This document shows positions 1 to 11,405 of a DNA stretch of 64,000 nucleotides, piece by piece. The DNA comes from Octopus vulgaris (taxonomy: Eukaryota). The notes beneath the pieces were generated by a model. That model did no database searches and had not been told where the DNA came from. It saw nothing but the letters and a program-made list of their open reading frames with translations. The DNA is taken from the NCBI GenBank assembly GCA_951406725.2, contig OX597824.1, positions 17,670,001-17,734,000 of the forward strand, read 5' to 3'. Within the stretch, counting starts at the first letter, position 1, and every line of letters starts with the position of its first letter. The position numbers were made by a program, and so were the translations under genes.

Positions 1-469
1 GGATTTTGCACTGGTGTCGCACCGAATTGTTGTGAAGGAGAGGAGATATATTATCCTTAAATCAGAGACCTGACTTTAATGCTTGAAAGTTCTGCTGTAG
101 GAAATCAAAGTGCCAAGTTGTGGTGTTAACCCAAGTGACAGTTTAAGTCTACTACCTAGGTAGACCCTCACGAGATTTGAACTAAGGATAGAAACATCCA
201 GAAAAATGACCGCAAGGGATCCATTCGATGATTTTACACTTTTATTCTTGGAAATTAACTGTCCATGACTTGTCTTATTATTTTATCAACTTCGAAAGGA
301 CGAACGTCAAAGATTAATTTAATGTTATTTGAACCCAGAATGGCAAAAAATATAGTGAGGAATTATATCCGACGCTCAAACGAATTTGGAAATCTGCCAA
401 CAGCATGTAAGAAATAATAAGTGAACGATAAATAGGAGAGAAGTTAGTATTCTTAAAAAACTAAGAGCA

Positions 470-642
470 GGAGTTAAGTCGATTATATAGAATCCTAGTG
501 ATCAACCGGTACCCAATTCATCGACTTCAGAAGAATATAATGCAAAGTCGACCTCGCCGGAATTTGAACACAGAACGTACAGACGGACAAAATGCCACTA
601 AACATTTTGCCTGGGGCGTTAACGATTCTGCGAGATTGCCGC
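470..642 (-). mobile_element. Degraded SINE family A copy (tRNA-derived)
   Basis: Diverged match to the reverse complement of the family A copies at 894-1132 and 49083-49313 (aagtcgacctcgccggaatttgaacacagaacgta...). Confidence 0.75.
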
Positions 643-659
643 ATTAGCGGGCATTCAAA

Positions 660-875
660 GGCGGTGAGCTCGCAGAATCATTAGCACGCCGGGCAAAATA
701 CTTCACGGCATTTCGTCCGTCTGAACGTTCTGAGTTCAAATTAAACCGAGGTCGAGTGTGCCTTTGATCCTTTCGGGGTTGATAAAATAAATACCAGTGA
801 AACACTGGGTTCGATGCAATCGATTTGTCTCTCCCTTCAGAAATTCAGGCCTTCTTCCAATAACAGAAAGGATTA
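660..875 (+). mobile_element. SINE family A copy, alternative 3' tail
   Basis: Head ggcggtgagctcgcagaatc, B-box-like gagttcaaat, central gcctttgatcctttcggggttgataaaataaataccag (Meta-domain-like). Confidence 0.85.
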
Positions 876-893
876 GAGTACGTTTACGATATC

Positions 894-1132
894 TATTTCT
901 TTTATTTCTTTATTGCCCACAGGAAGCTAAACACAGAGAGGACAAAGAAGGACAGACAAAGGGATAAGTCGATTACATCGACCCAAGTGATTTACTGGTA
1001 CTTATTTAATCGACCCCGAAAGAATGAAAGGCAATGTCGACCTCGGCGGAATTTGAACTCAGAACGTAGCGACAGACGAAATATCGCTAGGCATTTCGCC
1101 CGGCGTGCTAACGTTTCTGCCAGCTCACCGCC
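894..1132 (-). mobile_element. Full-length SINE family A (tRNA head + Meta-like core + LINE-like tail)
   Basis: Near-identical to copies at 24545, 35361 and 49083; 11-bp direct repeat gtttacgatat on both flanks (882-892, 1140-1150). Confidence 0.92.
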
Positions 1133-1730
1133 TTTGTGGGTTTACGATATTAACGATCAATTAACAAATGTGAAATGTTTGCGATTAAGAAACGAAACCG
1201 AGACCCAAAGTCGACACCCAATCGTAGTTCTATGCATACGACAGATATGAATAGATGTCATATTCCAGATAATAAATATATAACAATTAAATGTATTTGT
1301 TACATAGAAAACGCAGGAATAGGTCCAGTGTTCAGAGAGAACAATAACGTATCTTTTATAGGAGCATAGAGCTACACTTCATAAATGCTGCCAATATAAT
1401 ATACCATTTATAAATTCTTACACTCGAAGATATGCAGAACATAACCATTCATTGCTTCTGCCAGAGATATCGAAATAAATTTGGTTTGATTTCTAACAAT
1501 AATTCTAATCACCGCTTAGATGTCTTATAGCATATTTTATTAATACACAATGAGATGTATTTAGGATTTATCTGCTTACATTTTAATGAAATATATATTT
1601 TTTTTCTTTTTCCTGTATTTTAAAATTAATACTATCGTATTTTAATTATACACACACATATAAATATTAATATATATATATATATTAATATATGTATGTA
1701 TATATATGTAGGTATGTATATATATAATAT

Positions 1731-1765
<35 letters not shown>

Positions 1766-1845
1766 TGGTTAATAAGTCTTATCTTAATGTATAAAACTTA
1801 AAGCTTATCTCTAACCGTTGCGTTGAAATATATGTATGAGTGTAC

Positions 1846-1881
<36 letters not shown>

Positions 1882-2136
1882 GCTCAAGAAATTCCTATTA
1901 ATATACACAATACGATTCAGAATAGTTTTCTGAGAACATTCTCCAGCAAAACACACGCGCGCACACACACACGCACACACACAGACACACACACAGACAC
2001 ACACACAAACAGACGCGCGCGCACACACACACAGAGGTACACACGCTTAAAATGACAGACGCATAGCTGATTTACTCTCACGGCCTTTGTCTCTCTCTAT
2101 ATACTTGTAAATATACACATGTATTTATAAGTATAT

Positions 2137-2201
<65 letters not shown>

Positions 2202-2410
2202 ATTTATTTAAATATATCTGTATATACATATATGTATGTGTGCCTGAGTGTGTGCATGTATATATATTTATGTATATATATATATATATATGACAGCACT
2301 CTTTTGATATCAATAAATAGCTAATGACAAATAACGTTTAATTTTAAAAGCACCTCACTTCTCTTAAACTATGGCTCAACCCCAAACACGGCATTTGTCA
2401 CCATTCTGCT

Positions 2411-2482
<72 letters not shown>

Positions 2483-2837
2483 CTAACCGTTAGAATCATT
2501 AAAATATAAGGCATAAAATCTAAAAATATTCCGAATGATAACACCGTGATTGTTTGTTCCAAACGTTTGATGGTATTGTATTCGAACCGTCGTAGGAATC
2601 ATTCTATAGTAGTTATTCTTTATCTCTTCATTTGACTCCCTCTGTCTGTCTGTCGGTCAATCTGTCTGTCTGTCTGTTTCTCTCTCTCTTTCTCTCTGTC
2701 CTTCATTTATTTATTTCCACTTAACGTGAAAAAATGAAGATATATGTTTGTTTTCTTAGTGTTTATGTATGTATTTGAGTGAATAAGTTTGTGTATAGAT
2801 ATATAAATGTATATATATACAAACATAGTTATCTATA

Positions 2838-2888
<51 letters not shown>

Positions 2889-2926
2889 TATACCTCTATA
2901 TACACATATATATATACATATATATA

Positions 2927-2982
<56 letters not shown>

Positions 2983-3103
2983 TATATAGGATATTAAATA
3001 TGTGTTTGAATGTATATACATTATTATATTTCCAAAATATCTATGATACATATACATACAACCACTCACACTCACATGTATACACATACACGCGCACATG
3101 CAC

Positions 3104-3145
<42 letters not shown>

Positions 3146-3263
3146 ATATACATTATGTATGCACATATGTATACAATATTCACGTGAATTCGAGTTTATA
3201 TGTGTGTTTATGCGTGTGCGTGCGTACATGTGTGTGTGTGCGCGTGTATATGAGTGGATATGT

Positions 3264-3313
<50 letters not shown>

Positions 3314-3376
3314 TTTTGTATGCGGGAATGTGAGGGTACAGACGCAGGCATAACAATAGATTTATGGTACTACGAT

Positions 3377-3763
3377 GGCGGCGAGTTGGCAGAAACGTTA
3401 GCACGTCGGGCGAAATGCTTAGCGGTGTTTCGATTGTCGTTACGTTCGAGTTCAAATTCCGCCGAGGTCGACTTTGCCTTTTATCCTTTCAGGGTTGATA
3501 AATTAAGTACGCACTGGGGTCGATCTGTCCTTGTATGTTTAGTTCCTTGTGGGCAATAAAAAAATAAGAAATGTTAGCACGCCGGGCAAAATTCTGAGAG
3601 GTATTTCGTCTGTCTTTACGTTCTCAGTGTAAATTCCGCCGAGGTCGACTTCGCCTTTCATCCTTTCGAGATAATAAAGTGCCAGTTGAGTACTGGGATC
3701 GATCCAATCGACTGGCCCCCTCCCCCCAAAATTTGGTCCTTGTACCTCGAGTACAAAGGAATA
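3377..3763 (+). mobile_element. Two tandem SINE family A copies with different 3' tails
   Basis: First copy 3377-3568 ends gtgggcaataaaaaaataag; second 3568-3763 ends ccccaaaatttggtccttgtacctcgagtac. Confidence 0.88.
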
Positions 3764-4107
3764 TTTTTATGGCACTTCGCTTCCACTAAGTAACGTCTAG
3801 AGAAAGTTACTTACGCAACTGTCACTTACTAACTAGTGCCTTGTATAAAATTAATGCCAGAAACTGTATAGCAACCCGATCCATCTCACAATATGTTTAT
3901 CGGACTAACTCTGCCTCGCCCTCTCTCTCTCTCTCTCTGCTTCCCTCTCTTTTGTGGTGTGTGTATGTGTATCTCCAATTTTGCGTGTTTGTATACAAGC
4001 ATACACGCATGTAGTGTATGGAATTAGAAGGAATATATATATATATAATATATTGTTACAAATACAAAGGTCTGAATACAGTGGAGTGTATACTGTATAC
4101 AAATGCT

Positions 4108-4170
<63 letters not shown>

Positions 4171-4393
4171 GAAGAAGGGGAACATTCCTTGTTTTGTATG
4201 TCTTATACTCTATTTTTTCGTTGTTTAAAAAAAATGTCCATTTCCTTGGTATTGGTGTTTATGTTTTCGTTTCTTATTGTGTTCGACGTTTTTTTTTTGT
4301 GTCCTGTACCCATATATGCATGTATATATACATATAGATGTAGGTACGTACATATATGTATGTATATATGCATATGTTTATTTATTAATTTGT

Positions 4394-4433
<40 letters not shown>

Positions 4434-4439
4434 GCACAT

Positions 4440-4760
4440 AAGAATTTTTGCGTAATAAGATAAAAAAAACCAAGGTTGTATAGATATTAGAACATTTATA
4501 GATAGAAGGTCTCACAACTTCTAGGATATTTATTAATAATATCCCTTCATCGGAGACGGTGTAACAGGAAAGTAAGGTCATAGTTAGTTTAGATTTGATA
4601 CAAAATAGAGGTGGAAGAAAGAAAATAGATGCAAGATATGTATGGGTATTGAAGTTGTAAATCCATTTTACAACTTCAATGGATTTACAATTAAACATCT
4701 AATTCTCTAGTACATCAGTTGAATACCATATAAATATTGGTATAATGAATTATAAAGATA
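4440..4760 (-). mobile_element. Penelope-like pseudo-LTR fragment with damaged hammerhead (4509-4557)
   Basis: Minus strand GUCU-CCGAUGA-AGGGAUAUU...AAUAUCCU-AGAA(gap)GUUGUG-AGAC; same architecture as 59938-59991; near (TA)n. Confidence 0.55.
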
Positions 4761-5114
4761 ATTTAAATAGAGAGATGCTATTGACAATCCAATAAATTAT
4801 TTATATTATAATATTACATGATATATTGTGAATATAATATGACATAACAATATTATATAACATAAACAATAATAGATAGATAGATAGATACACACAAACA
4901 CATACAGATATATACCGTATTTTAACGTACGTAAGGAAACCTTTTGGGGTTAAAAAATATGAGAGCTTTTTTATATATGGATAGTACTATAATCCCTGAG
5001 ATAATCTTTTCTTCCAAATTTTAAGCCCCCAAAATTAGAGGGTTCCTTATAGACAAACACACACACTCACTCGCACTCACACACACATACACACTCACAT
5101 ATATCAATACATGC

Positions 5115-5285
5115 ACAAGGGAGGTACTGAAAAGTTTCTAGCATTCCAGTTAAAAGGAACTATAGCAAGATCAGTTAATTAGGATTTTATTATCCGTCCT
5201 TACAAGTCCTTGTAAAAGCGGTCAGAATGATGGCATTTCCATAGACCTTTCGCGATACCCTTAACGTCAAGAACATTTCGGTATA
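5115..5285. mobile_element. Possible mariner-type MITE remnant
   Basis: Left end caagggaggtactgaaaagtttctagc resembles mariner TIRs; right end agaacatttcggta is only a weak inverted match. Confidence 0.3.
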
Positions 5286-5345
5286 TGTATATGTATGTAT
5301 ATGTATGTATGAATTTATGTATCTATCTATCTGTCTATCTATCTA

Positions 5346-5392
<47 letters not shown>

Positions 5393-5399
<7 letters not shown>

Positions 5400-5617
5400 T
5401 AAATTAGAGACAATTTTTAATAATTTTGTTATATATTTAAATAATATAAATTAAATAATCTTATGTATTGGCTTACGTTTTTCATTGTTTGATTTGCCTA
5501 ATAGTGGTTTTGTCTCTAATTTAATATAATATAATATAATATAATATTTTACTATAAAATTGGATTCAATCCTAAATCTGATTTTTCCCTGTAAGTTTGG
5601 ATTTATTCCCTAATATT

Positions 5618-5622
<5 letters not shown>
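5393..5622 (+). mobile_element. Internally deleted fold-back element, same family as 57161-57575 (ribozymes lost)
   Basis: Shares gatttgcctaatagtggttttgtctc...tactataaaattggattcaatcctaaatctgattt...ttccctaatatttatt; residual inverted arms 5393-5413/5510-5530; (TA)n on both sides. Confidence 0.8.
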
Positions 5623-5660
<38 letters not shown>

Positions 5661-5662
<2 letters not shown>

Positions 5663-5768
5663 GGTGAAACAAGGTGGATAAAGAGTACTCAAATACCAGT
5701 GGTAGAGTAATATGATTTATTTAAAGCAGCAGAAAATTCAACAAAACCTGTTACTCTGAGTTTCCCGT

Positions 5769-5769
<1 letters not shown>
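5661..5769 (-). mobile_element. Penelope-like 3' fragment, same family as 30560-30726, truncated inside its hammerhead
   Basis: Reverse complement matches 30600-30705 (acgggaaactcagagtaacaggttttgttgaattttctgctgctttaaataaa); flanked by (TA)n. Confidence 0.8.
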
Positions 5770-5812
<43 letters not shown>

Positions 5813-6438
5813 TGTGTTCACGTACATTAGATAGATGTTAAGAAATCCTAAGTAACCTCTGATACGTGTGTCGAATTTACGCGAAGATCGTATGTGGTGC
5901 GCACATGAATGTTTCCATGCGTTAATTCAGTAAAATACATCCATCTGACATTTGTGTCTGTATGAGTGTGTGTGTGAGCGTCTGTGTGTATATGCGTGTG
6001 ACTGTGTCCGTGAATTGTGCGTGTGTGTTTGTCTGTGTGTGTGTTTCTATGTACTGTACTGGACTGGACTCGATTTGTGGTTCTTTGCATGTCTTTCATT
6101 GTATACATATAATGGATTTACCAAACAGGATACACACTTGAATGAGAAAGATTACAAAAGTATGCATTACATATTATTAACGGATTGAAAGAACGAACCT
6201 CAGTCGACAAGTCATAAATGATTTCATTGAGACAATACTGGGTTTTATAATTAATGTGTAAAAGTCTGCATCAGTTATGAAAAATCTTAGATTGTAACTA
6301 AAAGAAATACGTGTTGTACTATCTTGAAGTCTAGAATTTCGGCGCGATTAGAAAGTTGTGTGGATGTCAAATGCAAATATTAGCGAATAGATTTTAAGGA
6401 TAATATTTGATGATTTTGACATTTAGAATCTAATTACA

Positions 6439-6642
6439 TTCTTCTTCTTCTTCTTCTTCTTCTTCTTCTTCTTCTTCTTCTTCTTCTTCTTCTTCTTCTG
6501 CTTCTTCTTCTTCTTCTTCTTCTTCTTCTTCTTCTTCTTCTTTCTTCTTCTTCTTCTTCTTCTTCTTCTTCTTCTTCTTTTTCTTCTCCTTCTTCTTCTT
6601 CTTCTTCTTCTTCTTCTTCTTCTGCTTCTTCTTCTTCTTCTT

Positions 6643-6673
<31 letters not shown>

Positions 6674-6783
6674 TTCTTTTTCTTCCTCTGCTTCTTCTTC
6701 TGCTTCTTCTTCTGCTTCTTCTACTTCCTCTTCTTCTTCTTCTTCTTCTTCTTCTTCTTCTTCTTCTTCTTCTTCTTCTTCTT

Positions 6784-6814
<31 letters not shown>

Positions 6815-6854
6815 TTATTATTATTATTATTATTATTATTGTTGTTGTTGTTGT

Positions 6855-6922
<68 letters not shown>

Positions 6923-6946
6923 TTATTATTATTATTATTATTATCA
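6439..6946. repeat. Compound trinucleotide microsatellite (TTC)n-(TTA)n-(TTG)n-(CTA)n-(TTA)n
   Basis: Read directly. Confidence 0.97.
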
Positions 6947-7319
6947 TCCAGTAGCTTTATTCACTTCACTGCCAAGCGCAGCAAATTGTGCCTTGGGTTT
7001 GTGCTGTGGTTTGCTGTGATTTGTTGTGATGCTCTGATGGGTACTGTATTGAAAGCGTTCTGCGTAGGATGCGTGCAGTGCCTAGTAGTGCAATTTTCTG
7101 AACGTTATATATATTTGTAAGTCCTGGTGTTTTTGTTATGTTTTTGTCTGAATACTTTTATAATCATACCTAATGCACCCACTATGATAGGAATTCTTTC
7201 TGTTTTTAGATTCCACATTCGAGTTACCTCTATTTGCAGGTCTTTGTATTTTGAAAGTTTCTTCTATTTCTTTTAGAGAAACGCTGTCATCTGCTGGTAT
7301 TCTTACATCAATTACAAAG

Positions 7320-7321
<2 letters not shown>
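6947..7321 (-). mobile_element. 3' end of R4/Dong-like RLE LINE (frameshifted)
   Basis: Minus-strand translation CFVIDVRIPADDSV...KYKDLQIEVTRMWNLKTERIPIIVGALG...QKIALLGTARILRRTL, a typical RLE C-terminus; (TTA)n on both sides. Confidence 0.88.
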
Positions 7322-7394
<73 letters not shown>

Positions 7395-7650
7395 CATGGC
7401 AGTGAAGTACCAAACTCGTTAGTGCATTGTATGAAGTGTTTTGCAGTGTTTCGCATGATGATACGTTGTGATTTAAATCATTCCAGGGTCGATAAAATAA
7501 ACTACCACTCAACTAACTGGAGACTATGGCACCGACTACATTCAGACCCCACACGAATTGCAAGCTTGCTCGCTGAATCAGGAACAACAGCAACAACAAC
7601 AACTTAAAAAATAAACAACAACAACAACAGCAACAAACAACAACAACAAC

Positions 7651-7689
<39 letters not shown>

Positions 7690-7722
7690 TGTAATAATAA
7701 TAATAGTAATAATAATAATAAT

Positions 7723-8350
7723 GAGGTGATAAGTGCAGTATCTGTGGACAAAACGGTGAAACCGATTGGCATATTACCAGCCAATGTACGCCACTAGCCC
7801 AGAAGGAATGTAAGAGACGCCACGACAATATAGCCAGGCTTGTCCATTGGAAGCTTTGCAACAAGTATGGACTTGACAAAGCAAAAAATTGGTACGACCA
7901 CAAACCTGAAGGCATCGTCGGAAATAGAAGTGCAAAGATCCTATGGGATTTTATGATTCAGTGCGACCATGAGATAGAGAAAGAAAACAAACTATGCTGG
8001 ATCATAGATATAGCATACCCAGTTGATAACAAGGTATGCGATGAGGAAGAAAGAAGAATCGAGAGATATGACAGGTTAGCTTGGGAAGTAAAGCAGTTGT
8101 GGTCGATGAAAAAGGTAGCAGTAGTAACAATAATTGTCGGAGCCCTGGGAACAGTGAGCAAAAATCTCGAGAAGTACGTAGAACAAATACGGGCTGCAAT
8201 AAGGGTGGAACACTTGCGAAAACAGCACTGCTTAGAACCCTTCGAATACTCCGGAAGGTGCTCGAAAAATAAGGGGTGTTAGCATAGTTGACTTGTGGTG
8301 AACAGTTGACACCGTAGTACATCTCCAGCGTTAGAAGCTGTGCAAAGGCA
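7723..8350 (+). mobile_element. 5'-truncated R4/Dong-like LINE: CCHC zinc knuckle + restriction-like endonuclease
   Basis: KCSICGQNGETDWHITSQC...RRHDNIARLVHWKLC...KILWDFMIQCDHEIE-KENKLCWIIDIAYP...IIVGALG; flanked by (AAT)n and (ATG)n(ATA)n. Confidence 0.93.
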
Positions 8351-8447
<97 letters not shown>

Positions 8448-8571
8448 TGATGATGATGATGATAATAATTACAATAATAATAATAATAACAACAACAATA
8501 ATAATAATAATTATAATAATAATAATAACAACAATAATAATAATAATAATAATAATAACAACAACAACAAC

Positions 8572-8630
<59 letters not shown>

Positions 8631-8631
<1 letters not shown>

Positions 8632-9140
8632 CTGATTTGACGTGTTATCATGTACGTGTTTTGTCTTGGTGTAAAACATAGGCTATAGCAAATATTCCGC
8701 TAAATACCATAGATTTACCTGCCACTTATTTTACCTTAACCAGTTAAGCATAACCCTTAGCGGCTAACGATATGTCCATTTCTGATTATTCGCAGAAGTA
8801 GTGGGGGAAGCATCAAAGCCATAGGTTGAGCGGAATTCTTCGGGGTTTGAACAATTCCCTTCTGGAATTATGGATGTTTTGTTCAACAACGTTAGACAAC
8901 CATTATTCCAGGAATGTTTTAGCGGGATGGGCTACTTGACCTGAAGAAAATTCTAATGAGGCCCCACCTTCAAGGTCATGCGTTGTTTGTCTTGATATGA
9001 GATCACCATGTCGCGCACATATGGTTGTAATGCATGTGCCTGGTGTATCCTTATCAGACGGGTAGTAATTATGGGTATACTGGGCCTCGTATATTTTACC
9101 CAAGTGTCACATTGATGGCATGCACTGTTCTCTCACTAAA
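8631..9140 (+). mobile_element. Family C repeat: probable 3' UTR of a Dong-like LINE, in (TAA)n
   Basis: Homologous to 40095-40636; ends ctctcact-(aat)n; the motif gtgttatcatgta directly follows the RLE ORF at about 41830. Confidence 0.8.
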
Positions 9141-9294
9141 TAATAATAATAATAGAAACATCGATGTATCAAACTATAAAAATATATATACAGAAAAATT
9201 CATCTACATCGCACGAATGTATGTTATACGTGCATACTTATTAAAAGACTTAAAATGCACAAACGAATGATACCATAAGCACAAACATACATGT

Positions 9295-9698
9295 GAGTGG
9301 CTGTGTGGTAAGTAACTTGCTAACCAACCACATGGTTCCGGGTTCAGTCTCACTGCGTGGCATCTTGGGCAAGTGTCTTCTGCTATAGCCCCGGGCCGAC
9401 CAATGCCTTGTGAGTGGATTTGGTAGACGGAAACTGAAAGAAGCCTGTCGTATATATGTATATATATGTATATGTATGTGTGTTTGTGTGTCTGTGTTTG
9501 TCCCCCTAGCATTGCTTGACAACTGATGCTGGTGTGTTTATGTCCCCGTCACTTAGCGGTTCGGCAAAAGAGACCGATAGAATAAGTACTGGGCTTACAA
9601 AGAATAAGTCCCGGGGTCGATTTGCTCGACTAAAGGCGGTGCTCCAGCATGGCCGCAGTCGAATGACTGAAACGAGTAAAAGATAGAAAGATAGAAAG
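9295..9698 (+). mobile_element. SINE family B (tRNA head, CORE-like domain, internal (TA)n/(TG)n, 3' module)
   Basis: gagtggctgtgtggtaag...gggttcagtc...catcttgggcaagtgtcttc...ccagcatggccgcagtc; near-identical to 60134-60546. Confidence 0.93.
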
Positions 9699-10032
9699 AT
9701 ATATTTAAACGCGTGTCCAAATATATAAACACATGCGAAACAACATACATCCATATTAACACATAAATTATACACAAAATGTGTATACACACAACTAGAA
9801 ATATGCAAACAAGAAAATAAGAGAGAAGCAAGTTGTATACAAAGATGAATGAAATTAAGTTAGGATGACTTCACTAGCATGACTCACTCATGACACAATG
9901 AATCTTCTTCCGTCTCCCGTGGATTTTAACGAATTTTGGCATCCAATAGTTAGATGTTTCTAGATATTTCGCCCGTCCAGTTGTGGTTTTGTGAGAGGTT
10001 TCACATTTTTATTATTATTATTATTACTATTA

Positions 10033-10118
<86 letters not shown>

Positions 10119-10145
10119 GTTATTATTACTATTATTATTATTATT

Positions 10146-10255
10146 CTGTTTGACTTTTGCTTTATATTTGAATAAGTTGGCTCCAAGTCTCACCCAGAGA
10201 CCTCGAGAGACCACAGGTTGGAAGTTCACGTTGTTGTTATGCCTAGTGTGCCATA

Positions 10256-10342
<87 letters not shown>

Positions 10343-10510
10343 TATTATTATTATTCTATGTTTGACTTTTGCTTTATATTTGTACAAGTTGGCTCCAAGT
10401 CTCACCCAGTGACCTCAAGAGACAACAGGCTGGAAGTTTGTGATGTTGTTATGCCTAGTTTGCCATATATTTGGTTTTGTATTTAGTGTTGTTCTAGTGA
10501 ATGTCAAAAA
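10146..10510 (-). mobile_element. Two tandem 3'-terminal stubs of a (TAA)n-targeting LINE (10146-10257, 10356-10510)
   Basis: Duplicated tgtttgacttttgctttatatttg...aagttggctccaagtctcacccag, each bounded by (TTA)n. Confidence 0.75.
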
Positions 10511-10519
10511 AAAAGATAA

Positions 10520-10562
<43 letters not shown>

Positions 10563-11189
10563 GCATCGGGGATTTTTTACCATATTGCTAGTTTCGACTC
10601 TTTGGATGCGTGTTTACATGTTTTTTTTTCTTGTTATTTTGCAAGAGACCAGAAACCTACCAACTACTTGCGTGTACAATTCATTTTACGGAACGGCTGT
10701 CCACTTCGGGTACTTGTCGCTTTGAAAATTTTGAAAACAACAACGTCTAAATTTCCTCCTCCGACGGTAATAATGTAATAACATCCCACATCACAAATAT
10801 CAAAATACTGAGAGAATGAAAAAGAACTTCTGAGAATGAAAAAGAACTTATGCGACATTTATTTAAGGGAGTTTGGCTGCCATTCAGGGTGGTACACTTG
10901 AAATTTTGAAATCAGTAATGATGTCGCTGCCATGAAGACAAGAACAAGAGAAAGTAAACAGCAAAAATAAAAGGAAAAAATAATAATATTTGAAGAGTGA
11001 GGATCGCAAAGAATATCGCACGAACAACAATAGGAACGATGACAGCAAAACCGAGGATAGGAAAACAATAAATGCAGCAACCACTGCTGTGACGCTTACA
11101 ATACTTAGGGGTTTTCATACTTGCGGACAATATAAACACCGGCATCACAACAACCAGCTGTATTGCCCTCAGGAGCCTAGGATTCATGG

Positions 11190-11405
11190 AATTGTTGCCC
11201 GTGATCCCTAGCGTATAATGGCCGCAGATCACGATAGGCACCCTGAAAGGGACAGCAGTGTGTCACAAGGTTACTTATTTAGAGTTGAATGCAGAGGAGC
11301 AAAATGAATGAAAATCCCTTACACAGAAACAAAAGGCATCCTCTGGTCCGGGAGTGGAAATCACAATCTGGCGATTGTAAGTGCATCACCCTAGCAGCTA
11401 GGGTA
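11190..11405 (-). mobile_element. Degraded tRNA-derived SINE related to 42993-43235
   Basis: tggtccgggagtggaaatcacaatctggcgattgtaagtgcatcaccctagc resembles ggtccaggaattgaaaccacactcttacgatc...caccctaacc. Confidence 0.5.

Noticed and set aside
9204-9831. Recurrent ORFs such as QASFSFRLPNPLTRHWSARGYSRRHLPK
   Set aside because: Antisense translations of SINE B, repeated at every copy.
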